Shown here: positions 8,513-20,566 of the stretch, in pieces
Numbering within the stretch: position 1 is the stretch's first letter
Layout: each line of letters begins with the position of its first letter
Virus record (IMG/VR): IMGVR_UViG_2877973648_000001
Coordinates: 1-20,998 of that record
DNA: 20,998 bases
Reading direction: 5' to 3' (one strand)
DNA from: a virus
Lineage: Duplodnaviria > Heunggongvirae > Uroviricota > Caudoviricetes
Program-made: the position numbers and the translations under genes
The notes under the pieces: model-generated
What the model was told of the DNA's origin: nothing
Seen by the model: only the letters and a program-made list of their open reading frames with translations
Database searches by the model: none

Positions 8513-8927
8513 CGTAGGTAAAATCGGCCACCCAAAGACTATCGGGCCGTTCAGCCACGAACTGCCGGTTCACCCGATCCTGCGGTGTTTCGGCTTTGTT
8601 GCTGCGGGTGGTTCTGACACTTTTGCCGCGTGTCACCCCACGTAGCTGCAGGGCTTTCATCAGGCGCTCAATGGTGCAGCGGGCAACGCCGACACCTTCA
8701 CGTTTTAGCTGTCGCCAGACCTTACGCACACCGTAAACGCTGTAGTTTTCTTCGTATACGCGCTGTATCTCAGGTATCAGCACGGCATCGCGTTTATCCC
8801 GACTACTGCGTCGTTCAGGACACTTCCGGCGTTGCTGATGCCAGTAGTACGTTGACGGAGCAATATCCAGCTCATGACAGACTGGCCCGACCCCGTGTTC
8901 ACCGCTCAGATTTTCCAGAAGCGGCAT
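8513..8927 (-). CDS. IS3-family transposase OrfB, N-terminal exon (interrupted by the group II intron)
   Basis: Translation MPLLENLSGEHGVGPVCHELDIAPSTYYWHQQRR...RPDSLWVADFTY; after Y (codon 8514-8516) the sequence enters the intron. The track ORF continues to 8448 reading intron sequence. Confidence 0.75.
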
Positions 8928-9268
8928 TATTTTTTCCAGTGGCGGTCGAGCTCCGCCTGGGCAAAATACGCTGAAGCCTGACGCAGAATATCATTGCTGC
9001 GGCGCAGCTCGCGGACTTCCCGCTCCAGTTCTTTCAGACGCTGGCGTTCGCTGGCAGTCAGCGCATTCTGCTCATCATCAACGGGCTCCTGCTGACGGAT
9101 CCAGATACGCAATGTCTCGGGAGTGCAGCCGATCTTAGGGGCAATGGAGCAGATAGCGGCCCATTGTGAGTTGTAGGTATTCTGGTTTTCCAGAACCATA
9201 CGAATAGCGCGTTGACGAACTTCAGGGGGAAATCGGTTATGTTTTGTCATCCTGGTTACCTCTCTCAA
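8927..9268 (-). CDS. IS3-family (IS629-like) transposase OrfA, helix-turn-helix protein
   Basis: Track ORF 113 aa: MTKHNRFPPEVRQRAIRMVLENQ...LKELEREVRELRRSNDILRQASAYFAQAELDRHWKK; stop overlaps the orfB start (ATGA). Confidence 0.85.
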   Translation of the reverse strand: MREVTRMTKHNRFPPEVRQRAIRMVLENQNTYNSQWAAICSIAPKIGCTPETLRIWIRQQEPVDDEQNALTASERQRLKELEREVRELRRSNDILRQASAYFAQAELDRHWKK

Positions 9269-9415
9269 AGAGTGTAGTCTCCAGGATTACCGGGGCGGTT
9301 CATTGGGATAAATGAACAAAGTTTTGGTTATATTTTTGATGCAAAAAGATATAATTGTAGTACTTCCACCTTTCGCATTTGGGTAGGTTTGTTTGGGCGA
9401 TTGGTGGAAGTGCTA

Positions 9416-9727
9416 TCAAAACGGTAATTCTCCCTGCCCAGAGAACCAACCATCTTCTTCATGCTGCTTATAGACGGCATTCTCAGTACTCAGATAATGC
9501 AAGCCTTCCAGTACTGAACTTAGCGGCGTTTCCAGTATGAACACGAAGCAATCACGCTCAATCGTGCCTAACCAGTATGTACCTTGCTGGTTCTGAAAGA
9601 AAACACGATCCCCATATGAAAACTCATCAAGACTGTATCCCCAATAGCAGACCTTAGCCCATTGGCCTAAATGCTCAAACTGCTGAACCCCGTGTTTGAT
9701 TGCCGGATCAAAACCATTCTTGCCCAT
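9416..9727 (-). CDS. hypothetical protein (103 aa)
   Basis: Start chosen at the internal ATG 9727, which is preceded on the minus strand by GGAGGG with a 6-nt spacer; the track ORF extends to 9805 without a ribosome-binding site. Confidence 0.5.
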   Translation of the reverse strand: MGKNGFDPAIKHGVQQFEHLGQWAKVCYWGYSLDEFSYGDRVFFQNQQGTYWLGTIERDCFVFILETPLSSVLEGLHYLSTENAVYKQHEEDGWFSGQGELPF

Positions 9728-9850
9728 GATATGCCCTCCACATGAATACTGGTTATTTATACAGTATCGCATCACATTTCGCACAGATCCAGCCGTGAAA
9801 ATCACTAACCACTAAAAATGGTAGGAAAGGTTATACCGATCGATAATGAG

Positions 9851-9865
9851 TTGACTGATAGTCAA
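9851..9865. promoter_or_regulatory. operator-like palindrome TTGACTgatAGTCAA in a divergent intergenic region
   Basis: Perfect 6-bp inverted repeat with 3-bp spacer, read directly; flanked by near-repeats ACCGATCGATAAT / ACCGATCAATTAT; lies between divergent genes 9416-9727 (-) and 9909-10418 (+). Confidence 0.25.
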
Positions 9866-9908
9866 GACCGATCAATTATCAATCAGTTATGACAACTGAG
9901 AGATCAAC

Positions 9909-10418
9909 ATGAAACTCGAACATTGGGCAGTTCCTATTACGTCTTTGGACGGTATGTTACTCGGCGTAGAGCTGGAAACCCGTGTACTGATAAACGGTTG
10001 CCGGGTACTGATGGGGGCAGGAAAGGAAAGTGAATACATTCGTCACGTGGTCTATCAGAACCAGTTAAGAATGATTCAGGGCAAAGCCGCATGGTTCAAA
10101 GAAAAGGGGGTGTTGTGCGTGCTCAGTACTGGCACAGGTACACGCTATGAAGATCTACCATTCATACGGTACATGGCTGCTGAACCGCTGCTAACGGACG
10201 GTTACGACTTAGTTCGACTAAATAGACGGTTCACTGAGGAATACATAGAGCGGTTGATCTTCCCGGTACTCATTAAGAACATCATGCAGTACTGCGACAA
10301 GGTGATCGTACAAGTCAGCAGCAACCGAAATCACAGGATTTTACGAGAGTCGGGCATATGGGCAGTACAGGGAGAGTACAGGCCAATCCGCTTTGAACAA
10401 TGCGAACAACTTCTATAG
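9909..10418 (+). CDS. hypothetical protein with EAL-domain-like N-terminal motif (short, probably degenerate)
   Basis: Track ORF 169 aa; WAVPITSLDGMLLGVELETRVL resembles the start of EAL domains (QPIvsL.g.l.GvEaL.R), but the protein is too short for a complete EAL phosphodiesterase. Confidence 0.45.
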   Translation: MKLEHWAVPITSLDGMLLGVELETRVLINGCRVLMGAGKESEYIRHVVYQNQLRMIQGKAAWFKEKGVLCVLSTGTGTRYEDLPFIRYMAAEPLLTDGYDLVRLNRRFTEEYIERLIFPVLIKNIMQYCDKVIVQVSSNRNHRILRESGIWAVQGEYRPIRFEQCEQLL

Positions 10419-10428
10419 GGATATAACA

Positions 10429-10701
10429 ATGAAAATACTAATCGTCATGTTGGTAGTACTGCTCACAGGCTGCGGCACCGTACATCATTCATTCATGGAT
10501 AAAGCCTTGGTCGGTAACGTTGATAACAAAGCTATAATAGTACTGTTTGATACAGGTACACGTAACGGGGTGAAGTACTACCGTCCTCAGTTCCAGAGTG
10601 ATTGTGGCCGCACCTACAATCCGATCTATCAGGTGGACAATGGCAGTACTACATGCCATATACGAGAGGAAAGAATTAAAAAAATGCATCAATATAGATA
10701 A
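10429..10701 (+). CDS. small lipoprotein (signal peptide with lipobox LTGC)
   Basis: ATG at 10429 preceded by AGGGA with 7-nt spacer; MKILIVMLVVLLTGCGTV... carries a type II signal peptide. Starts 10 nt after the stop of 9909-10418, so probably co-transcribed. Confidence 0.55.
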   Translation: MKILIVMLVVLLTGCGTVHHSFMDKALVGNVDNKAIIVLFDTGTRNGVKYYRPQFQSDCGRTYNPIYQVDNGSTTCHIREERIKKMHQYR

Positions 10702-10723
10702 TAAACAAAAATCAAAGAGATAG

Positions 10724-10787
10724 AATTATTAAATTATTAAATTATTAAATTATTAAATTATTAAATTATTAAATTATTAAATTATTA
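10724..10787. repeat. perfect tandem repeat (AATTATTA) x 8
   Basis: Eight uninterrupted 8-bp units counted directly, between the 3' ends of convergent genes. Confidence 0.9.
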
Positions 10788-10829
10788 AGTGTATGTGGCA
10801 TGATGAAAAATTAAATAATATATAATACC

Positions 10830-10859
10830 CTCATGCTGTTATTGATAAAACAGCATGAG
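10830..10859. terminator. candidate intrinsic terminator hairpin (11-bp perfect stem)
   Basis: CTCATGCTGTT (10830-10840) / AACAGCATGAG (10849-10859) with 8-nt loop and A/T-rich flanks; immediately downstream of the minus-strand gene ending at 10870. Confidence 0.5.
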
Positions 10860-10869
10860 AATATATATT

Positions 10870-12024
10870 TCAACGTAGCATGGCTAATGTTCTGGAAATT
10901 CTTATTATATCCTTCTCAATATCATCTAAAACAGGAGTTGAGTTTCTGCTTCGCTCTGCAATTTCTTGCAAAATATATCTATTTAAATGGTTGTTAACAT
11001 TTTTAGGGTCAAGGTTTTCTGGTGTGGGAACAACACAGCACTGCCAATAAAAAATCTCATCTTCAAAATGATTTAGCCATTTAGAATGATATTTTTCTTT
11101 CGATTTTTTCTTGTTAAGGACATAAATGCTAGCCGCAGCTACCACATCCGCAATTTGTATACCATGCGTGACTTTAGAATCAGAAAGAATCATTGGCTCA
11201 GATAGCTTAAATGTGATCGGGATTTTTTTATCATGAAAAGTCTCGAACACAATCTCATCATTGCCTATCATCTCATTGAATGAGTCCTGATGAGTAATTA
11301 ATGGTTTTGAGCTGTCGCATATAGCTCTCAATGTACCAAACTTACTACTCATATCGCACAGGAGATTATAAAGAGAAGTCGTTGTCAAATCTAATAACCA
11401 CTTATCAATCCCAGTACCCTCAAGGCCTTCATATTCTTCTTCAATTATAGAGATGTTATTCTTGGCGAAATCATGAATGTCCATCATAATTTCAGAATTT
11501 TTAGAACCAACAACTGGTTCGATAAAACTATTAACCAATATTTTACCTCGTGAAAAATCTTCAAATCGCGAATGTAATAGTTCTGAATATTCATCCTTAG
11601 CTATTAAAGAAAAATACATTATATTTGAGATGAATAGGTGAAATTTAAGGTTGTAAAAAATTGAGCTTTTAGCTGCTAATACTGGCTCAAAAATATATTC
11701 GAAGAATTTTCCTGAGAGGGCATATTTTTTTTCGTTTACAACCACACGCATACGACCACGGAAATGATTAAGTATTTCATCTACGGCTGGTTGAAATCTC
11801 TTGCTATTTACGAGAGTGCTACCTTTTAGCTCTTCGGCTGCGATCGAGTACTTGTTTATTATATAATCAACAAACTGTTTACTTTCCTCATCATCAGTCA
11901 CGACTGCTGCGTAACTAAAAAAAGGCTGATCTTTTGAAAGTAAGTTATTACCAGTGAATCCTGATTCATCGAAATATACATTCTTTACCAATTTGGTCAT
12001 TCCTTTATGAGCTACAATGTGCAT
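10870..12024 (-). CDS. DUF3800-like protein (conserved DESG motif near N-terminus, Q-x-AD motif near C-terminus)
   Basis: Track ORF 384 aa; ...VYFDESGFTGNN... and ...HGIQIADVVAAASIYV... match my recollection of DUF3800 signature motifs. True start uncertain (ATG 12024, ATG 12000 or TTG 11991). Confidence 0.55.
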   Translation of the reverse strand: MHIVAHKGMTKLVKNVYFDESGFTGNNLLSKDQPFFSYAAVVTDDEESKQFVDYIINKYSIAAEELKGSTLVNSKRFQPAVDEILNHFRGRMRVVVNEKKYALSGKFFEYIFEPVLAAKSSIFYNLKFHLFISNIMYFSLIAKDEYSELLHSRFEDFSRGKILVNSFIEPVVGSKNSEIMMDIHDFAKNNISIIEEEYEGLEGTGIDKWLLDLTTTSLYNLLCDMSSKFGTLRAICDSSKPLITHQDSFNEMIGNDEIVFETFHDKKIPITFKLSEPMILSDSKVTHGIQIADVVAAASIYVLNKKKSKEKYHSKWLNHFEDEIFYWQCCVVPTPENLDPKNVNNHLNRYILQEIAERSRNSTPVLDDIEKDIIRISRTLAMLR

Positions 12025-12203
12025 GTGCTATTAATATAACATTGTAATAATGCTAATGTAAAATAGAATGTAAGTATTTTTAAGCAAGCTAATTAAGTTA
12101 AATTACTAATTAAGGTACTCCGGCAGCCCAGCTTAGAACGCGAGTTTTCGGCACCGGATTCTTTAAGTTATGTGTGAAGTTTAGATAGCTTCCCGCACCG
12201 CAC

Positions 12204-12767
12204 TTAGCAAAGTACAACACCTATTTCATTTAACGCACAATCGCAATGACGGTTTGTCGGACATTCGCATAATTTGAATACTGCATAAGATCCTTTAAGG
12301 GTATCGGTTACATACTTGTCCATTTCTTCAACTACAGATGATGAGCAATATAAATGAAAACCAACACAGAAAGAATTTCGCATCGGATACTTACATTCTT
12401 GTATAGAGTTGAGTTTCAAATGGTCTGCTTGCAATCCTCTTTTTAAGGCAGATGAACGCTTAGTACATTTCAGCTCAATAAAGATATAGTCTTCAAAAAG
12501 GGTATCTTTTTCTCTCATTATTATATCGATTTTTGAGAGCTTGCTTGCAGGGAAATTATTAGGGGCAAGAAAAGCTGTAACTTCACGTTTAACTTCATAT
12601 TTTCTTTTTTTGTTAAGGAAGTGCTCAAATTCAATTTGTAGCCATTTTTCCCAATCATTAGTTTCATTACTGACGAAGGAATACAGACGCCTCTTTATAT
12701 CTTCATTCTTTAGGAAGCTATTCAGTAACTTTACCAGCAAAGAAAAATCATTGTTGCGGTCTGACAT
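12204..12767 (-). CDS. hypothetical PD-(D/E)xK-like nuclease-fold protein with C-terminal cysteine cluster
   Basis: Track ORF 187 aa; KIDIIMREKDTLFEDYIFIELKCTK fits D ... E-x-K spacing; C-terminal CVGFHLYC...CECPTNRHCDC is Cys-rich (possible metal site). Same strand as, and upstream of, the DUF3800-like gene. Confidence 0.5.
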   Translation of the reverse strand: MSDRNNDFSLLVKLLNSFLKNEDIKRRLYSFVSNETNDWEKWLQIEFEHFLNKKRKYEVKREVTAFLAPNNFPASKLSKIDIIMREKDTLFEDYIFIELKCTKRSSALKRGLQADHLKLNSIQECKYPMRNSFCVGFHLYCSSSVVEEMDKYVTDTLKGSYAVFKLCECPTNRHCDCALNEIGVVLC

Positions 12768-12781
12768 AGTGATCTCAATAA

Positions 12782-14027
<1,246 letters not shown>

Positions 14028-14900
14028 TCTTGACCCTCCATCTCCGAACAGCTTTTGTATCTTAAGTTAACGATGTCCGCTGCCGCCGGTATTCCCTCGG
14101 GGAGTGATATCCCAGCGCGCTGTGCGGGTGGTTTTCATTGTAATGCGTGAACGCTACTGCAAGGTTTCGCAGTGCTGTTCTCACATCCGGTTTTGGCATG
14201 AACGCGATATAGTCTTCTTTCATCGTTTTCACGAACCGTTCGGCCATGCCATTACTCTGCGGGCTGCTCACCGCTGTTGTGCAGGGCTCCAGATTCAGCT
14301 CTCTCGCGAACCTCCGCGTTTCATACGCGGTATACGCTGAACCGTTATCCGTCAGCCACTGCACCGCTGTGTCGGGCAACCTGTCGCCGAAGCGCTTTTC
14401 CACCGACCTCAGCATCACATCCTGCACGGTCGAACTGTCATAGCCTCCCGTGCTTGCTGCCCAGTCTATGGCCTCACGGTCGCAGCAGTCCAGCGCGAAC
14501 GTTACCCGCAGTTTTTCGCCGTTGTCGCAGCCGAACTCGAAGCCATCTGAACACCAGCGCATATCGCTTTCTGCCACCGCTATCTTGCCCTTATGTTCAA
14601 GCTTCGGTCGCTCTGGTTTGTGATGCAACAACAACAGGTTATGCTCGCTCATTATCCTGTAAAGCCGTTTGGCATTCACAGGTGGCTGTCCCTCTGTGCG
14701 ACGTTGCTTGCGCAGGATGCCCCACACGCGTCGATAACCATAACTCGGCATATCGCTGATAATGTTGAGGATAGCCGACAGTATTTCTGCGTCTGCTTCT
14801 TCATTACGCCGGTTACAGCGCCTGTCCTGCCAGTCGGCAGAACGGTTAATCCGCAGTGACAGTTGCGCACGCGACACGCCCATGGTCCGGCTGACCATGG

Positions 14901-16871
<1,971 letters not shown>

Positions 16872-17039
16872 CTAGATATACTTCAATTGGAATCATTACG
16901 TGAAGATGAATTTAACCTACATAAAATACATGAAAGTACTTTAGGCATAACAATATCTGTAGACCAGCTGACCTGCTCCCCGTTGATTAGTACACCCCGA
17001 TGTTAGTAATGTCTTCATAAGCCACATGAGGACATCCCC

Positions 17040-17303
17040 ATGAAGAAGCGTTTTTCCGACGAACAGATCATCAGTATTCTCCGCGAAGCCGAAGCTGGGG
17101 TACCCGCCCGTGAACTCTGCCGCAAGCATGCCATTTCCGATGCCACGTTTTACACCTGGCGTAAGAAGTATGGCGGTATGGAGGTGCCTGAAGTTAAGCG
17201 CCTGAAGTCGCTTGAGGAAGAGAACGCCAGACTCAAGAAGCTGCTTGCCGAAGCCATGCTGGATAAAGAGGCGCTTCAGGTGGCTCTTGGGCGAAAGTAC
17301 TGA
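17040..17303 (+). CDS. IS407-group transposase OrfA
   Basis: [49 protein letters not shown]...[15 protein letters not shown]... closely resembles IS407 OrfA as I recall it. Confidence 0.8.
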   Translation: MKKRFSDEQIISILREAEAGVPARELCRKHAISDATFYTWRKKYGGMEVPEVKRLKSLEEENARLKKLLAEAMLDKEALQVALGRKY

Positions 17304-17326
17304 CGACAGACCAGAAGCGGGAAGCC

Positions 17327-18160
17327 GTGATGTTGATGTGTGATGCGACCGGTCTGTCGCAACGTCGTGCCTGCAGGCTTACAGGTTTATCCCTGTCGAC
17401 CTGCCGCTATGAGGCTCACCGTCCGGCTGCTGATGCGCATTTATCAGGGCGCATCACTGAGCTGGCACTGGAGCGCAGGCGTTTTGGCTACCGTCGTATT
17501 TGGCAGTTGCTGCGCCGTGAAGGGCTTCATGTTAATCATAAGCGCGTGTACCGGCTTTATCACCTCAGTGGCCTGGGCGTAAAACGCAGAAGACGTCGTA
17601 AAGGGCTGGCAACAGAACGTCTGCCGCTGCTCCGTCCGGCGGCGCCCAATCTGACCTGGTCGATGGATTTCGTCATGGACGCACTTTCCACCGGTCGCAG
17701 GATCAAGTGTCTTACCTGCGTCGATGATTTCACAAAGGAATGCCTGACGGTCACTGTTGCCTTTGGGATTTCAGGCGTTCAGGTCACGCGTATTCTGGAC
17801 AGCATTGCACTGTTTCGAGGCTATCCGGCGACGATAAGAACTGACCAGGGGCCGGAGTTCACTTGCCGTGCACTGGATCAATGGGCCTTTGAGCATGGTG
17901 TTGAGTTGCGCTTAATCCAGCCGGGCAAGCCAACGCAGAACGGATTTATTGAGAGCTTTAACGGACGATTTCGCGATGAATGTTTGAATGAGCACTGGTT
18001 CAGCGATATCGTTCATGCCAGGAAAATTATTAATGACTGGCGGCAGGATTATAACGAATGCCGCCCGCACTCCACGCTGAATTATCAGACACCGTCTGAA
18101 TTTGCAGCGGGCTGGAGAAAGGGTCATTCTGAGAATGAAGATTCCGACGTTACTAACTGA
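17327..18160 (+). CDS. IS407-group transposase OrfB (DDE integrase)
   Basis: Track ORF 277 aa with ...[10 protein letters not shown]...[56 protein letters not shown]... (rve-type catalytic core). Confidence 0.8.
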   Translation: MMLMCDATGLSQRRACRLTGLSLSTCRYEAHRPAADAHLSGRITELALERRRFGYRRIWQLLRREGLHVNHKRVYRLYHLSGLGVKRRRRRKGLATERLPLLRPAAPNLTWSMDFVMDALSTGRRIKCLTCVDDFTKECLTVTVAFGISGVQVTRILDSIALFRGYPATIRTDQGPEFTCRALDQWAFEHGVELRLIQPGKPTQNGFIESFNGRFRDECLNEHWFSDIVHARKIINDWRQDYNECRPHSTLNYQTPSEFAAGWRKGHSENEDSDVTN

Positions 18161-18414
18161 GTGTTGTATCTAATCGTGGGGGCAGGTCATTCTGTACACT
18201 GTATTCCGCGACAATACAAAAGATACTGATGGACTACTTACACGTGTTTCAGAACTGGAAACTAAACAAGCAGTACAGGAAAGTAGTATGGTGCGTATTG
18301 AAGCTGATCAGAATAAGATGCGTGATGCTTTAACTAAACTTGAAAACCAGATCCATGATCTGGATGTGAAAATTGAAAAAATCATTACCATTCTTGAACA
18401 GAAACAATAAGAAG

Positions 18415-18450
18415 AAAGGCGATAGTACATAATGCTATCGCCTTTTTGTT
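18415..18450. terminator. candidate bidirectional intrinsic terminator
   Basis: AAAGGCGATAG (18415-18425) / CTATCGCCTTT (18435-18445) with 9-nt loop, followed by TTGTT; lies between the terminase tail stop (18410, +) and the lysozyme stop (18449, -). Confidence 0.5.
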
Positions 18451-18898
18451 ATTTGTTGGTTAGTACTGCAATCATTGCATCAACACGATTAGGTGTTTGT
18501 TTATACCATAATGAATCTTTAGCCTGTCTGATGGCTTCCGGGTAATCTTTTGCTTTAAGGGCTACTAACATCTTTTTGAATTTCTGTACCCCGCCTAAAC
18601 CTAACTGGAACATCATTATCACAAGAAAATCTTTCCACTCGTCAGGTAGCCAGATATTGAGTGTTTCGACGTTATGCACTGCAATTAGTATATCTTGGTC
18701 TAGTAGGCTTTCCGCTTGCTCAATAGTAATACCATCTGGATACTTTTCACCAACATGTAGTAAATGACCGTAGCCGATGGTTTCAAATTCTAGTGAATCT
18801 TTGTATGTCCAAAATTTGTTATCGTGAAAGTACTTCAATTTTGTTTGATAAGCGATAGTACCTTCATATTCTTTTAATCTGTCTTTTAGTTTACTCAT
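18449..18898 (-). CDS. phage lysozyme, T4-type (glycoside hydrolase family 24 endolysin)
   Basis: Track ORF 149 aa; ...YKDSLEFETIGYGHLL...DQDILIAVHN...MMFQLGLGGVQKFKKMLVALKAKDYPEAIRQAKDSLWYKQTPNRV... parallels T4 lysozyme (YKDTEGYYTIGIGHLL...NMVFQMGETGVAGF...SRWYNQTPNRA). Confidence 0.8.
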   Translation of the reverse strand: MSKLKDRLKEYEGTIAYQTKLKYFHDNKFWTYKDSLEFETIGYGHLLHVGEKYPDGITIEQAESLLDQDILIAVHNVETLNIWLPDEWKDFLVIMMFQLGLGGVQKFKKMLVALKAKDYPEAIRQAKDSLWYKQTPNRVDAMIAVLTNK

Positions 18899-18938
18899 TA
18901 ATAAATACCTATAATAAATCTATATAGGGATATTTATT

Positions 18939-19388
18939 GTGAGAGTTAATAAAGCATGGGAGATGTTCGATATTAATATGTGGAATATGTCAGAAGTAAC
19001 AGATGGGAATTACGTTTCGTTTATCTACATTATTCAGTTTCCAGAGACTGGCGAGTACTATTTCGGTAAGAAGCAAATCTATAAAAAAGTACGCGACATA
19101 AAGAATTTAAAGTCTACTTCAGTTGAATCGAACTGGCCTGATTATACCGGTAGTAGTAAGTGCGTTAATGAAATGATTGAAGCCGGAATGCCATACACTA
19201 AAAAGATTTTGTACTGTGTTAAATCTGACGCAGAGGCAACGATTTTAGAAACAGCATTGATTAGCTACTTTGGTTTACATCCCGACTGTTTAAATAAGGC
19301 AATAATGTGTAAGGCACGATTACCAAAAAACCGTTTGGATTTATTTAAAGTACTGCAATATTTAACTGATTTATTGGGTGTGAGGTAA
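18939..19388 (+). CDS. GIY-YIG-like nuclease-domain protein (possible free-standing homing endonuclease)
   Basis: Track ORF 149 aa (GTG start after AGGGA); N-terminal NYVSFIYIIQFPETGEYYFGKKQ resembles the GIY...YIG motif pair. Assignment tentative. Confidence 0.45.
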   Translation: MRVNKAWEMFDINMWNMSEVTDGNYVSFIYIIQFPETGEYYFGKKQIYKKVRDIKNLKSTSVESNWPDYTGSSKCVNEMIEAGMPYTKKILYCVKSDAEATILETALISYFGLHPDCLNKAIMCKARLPKNRLDLFKVLQYLTDLLGVR

Positions 19389-19392
19389 ATAT

Positions 19393-19953
19393 ATGACAAG
19401 AATAACGGGTATAGATAATGTCACGAACTATATAAAAACAACAGGAACGAAGTTAGGTAAACAGTTCCAAGATGAAATTATTAAGCGTTCAAGAGTATTA
19501 TCTATGAAAGTACAGGCAGATATGAACAATGCCGTAGACAAAGGTGCAGTACCTTTCACTCAACGATCAATTCTATTCTTTTATAAAAAACGGGGTAGTG
19601 GGGTCACAGCTACAATCATGGTCAAAGATGTTCAGGCACAGTACTTATATGGTGTACTGGTTGAACAAAAGGCCATTGATAAATTTGTGCCTACTTCGAA
19701 AGCAAGACTAACGAAGCAGGGTAACATTAGTGGACTAAAGAAAAATTTGGCCTCTGGTCGTTACAAGATAGTCAAAGGTAAAAACGGAAAAGAACGATTA
19801 ATAGATACTACTCAAAAGAAAAAACAAAAGCGTGTAATCGGCCTACGGGAAAGTAAACGCCGTAAACTAATTTATGATTTCTATCAGGAAGTGAATAATG
19901 GTGTGATGTTAGTCATGAGTGGTATACAGGGAACATTCAAGGTAACAAGATGA
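19393..19953 (+). CDS. hypothetical basic protein
   Basis: Track ORF 186 aa, lysine/arginine-rich; starts 5 nt after the previous stop; no recognisable motif. Confidence 0.5.
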   Translation: MTRITGIDNVTNYIKTTGTKLGKQFQDEIIKRSRVLSMKVQADMNNAVDKGAVPFTQRSILFFYKKRGSGVTATIMVKDVQAQYLYGVLVEQKAIDKFVPTSKARLTKQGNISGLKKNLASGRYKIVKGKNGKERLIDTTQKKKQKRVIGLRESKRRKLIYDFYQEVNNGVMLVMSGIQGTFKVTR

Positions 19954-20261
19954 ATTTTGATGAACATTATGGTGAACTAACCAGTGAGATTAAACTCGAT
20001 GGTAATACACCAGAGGCTAATAGTATGCCAATTCATAAATGCTTTCTTGGTAATAAGTTCAAGAAGGTACTAAAGAGTAAACAGATTAATATCGAGCATT
20101 TTATGAATGTTTGCTATGAGAAAAAACAAAATATAACGGACGGTTCAGTACTTACATGGTCACTACAAGGTGACCAGATGGATGTGTACGTAATCGAACA
20201 TAAAAAACTATTCGTTAAGGGAAAACACTTTTGGGTGTATTGCGTGGGGATCATTGAATGA
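19950..20261 (+). CDS. hypothetical protein
   Basis: Track ORF 103 aa; start overlaps the upstream stop (ATGA), suggesting translational coupling. Confidence 0.45.
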   Translation: MNFDEHYGELTSEIKLDGNTPEANSMPIHKCFLGNKFKKVLKSKQINIEHFMNVCYEKKQNITDGSVLTWSLQGDQMDVYVIEHKKLFVKGKHFWVYCVGIIE

Positions 20262-20548
20262 TTGGAATGATAATTGATTTAATCAAAACTGGAGTAGGTT
20301 TCTTCCAGAAGAAAGAACAAAGTAAGCAAGAGCTGGACGCACAGAACAGCCATGAACAGAACCAGATCACACTTGAAGAAACGCGTAAGGGCTTCACTTG
20401 GCGACAGGGCTTAGGATGGGTACTGACGTTCATCATTCTATGGAACTACGTCATTGTGCCAGTACTGGCCTTATGTGGTGTAGTACTCCCCATTGTTCCA
20501 CTTGATGAAATATGGAAAGTACTGATAATCTTGATTGGTGGGAGCTAA
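20258..20548 (+). CDS. small membrane protein with two C-terminal TM helices (holin-like topology)
   Basis: Track ORF 96 aa; charged N-terminal half followed by WVLTFIILWNYVIVPVLALCGVVLPIV and KVLIILIGG; start overlaps the upstream stop. Confidence 0.4.
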   Translation: MIGMIIDLIKTGVGFFQKKEQSKQELDAQNSHEQNQITLEETRKGFTWRQGLGWVLTFIILWNYVIVPVLALCGVVLPIVPLDEIWKVLIILIGGS

Positions 20549-20566
20549 ACCTATTGGAGTACTTAC

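Larger units (their letters stand above)
5728..9302 (-). mobile_element. IS629-like IS3-family insertion sequence (about 1.3 kb of IS plus a 2.27-kb group II intron), flanked by 3-bp TTG duplication
   Basis: Terminal inverted repeats TGAACCGCTCCGGTTTTCCTGGAGAGT (5728 onward, + strand) and TGAACCGCCCCGGTAATCCTGGAGACT (reverse complement ending at 9302); TTG at 5725-5727 and 9303-9305. OrfA/OrfB translations resemble IS629 (recalled from memory). Confidence 0.8.
16958..18198 (+). mobile_element. IS407-group IS3-family insertion sequence (about 1.22-1.24 kb; exact ends uncertain)
   Basis: Imperfect terminal inverted repeats TGTAGACCAGCTGACCTGCTCCCC (16958) and reverse complement TGTACAGAATGACCTGCCCCC (ending 18198); core TGACCTGC-CCCC at 16969 and 18189. 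No clean target duplication identified. Confidence 0.65.

Noticed and set aside
5867-8974. Plus-strand ORFs inside the IS629-like element and intron (5867-6085, 5988-6185, 6852-7178, 7810-8235, 8150-8521, 8630-8974) and the minus-strand ORF 5937-6308
   Set aside because: They overlap, in antisense or alternative frames, the well-supported transposase and intron RT genes in GC-rich DNA where long spurious ORFs are expected; translations are low-complexity (Arg/Pro/Ala-rich) with no motifs.
10724-10787. CRISPR array
   Set aside because: The only tandem repeat arrays have 8-9 bp units with no intervening unique spacers, far too short for CRISPR repeats; no cas genes are present.
18449-20548. 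Canonical holin-endolysin lysis cassette (lysozyme 18449-18898 with holin-like 20258-20548)
   Set aside because: The two genes are on opposite strands and separated by three unrelated ORFs, so they do not form a cassette; the holin call rests only on topology and is kept at low confidence.
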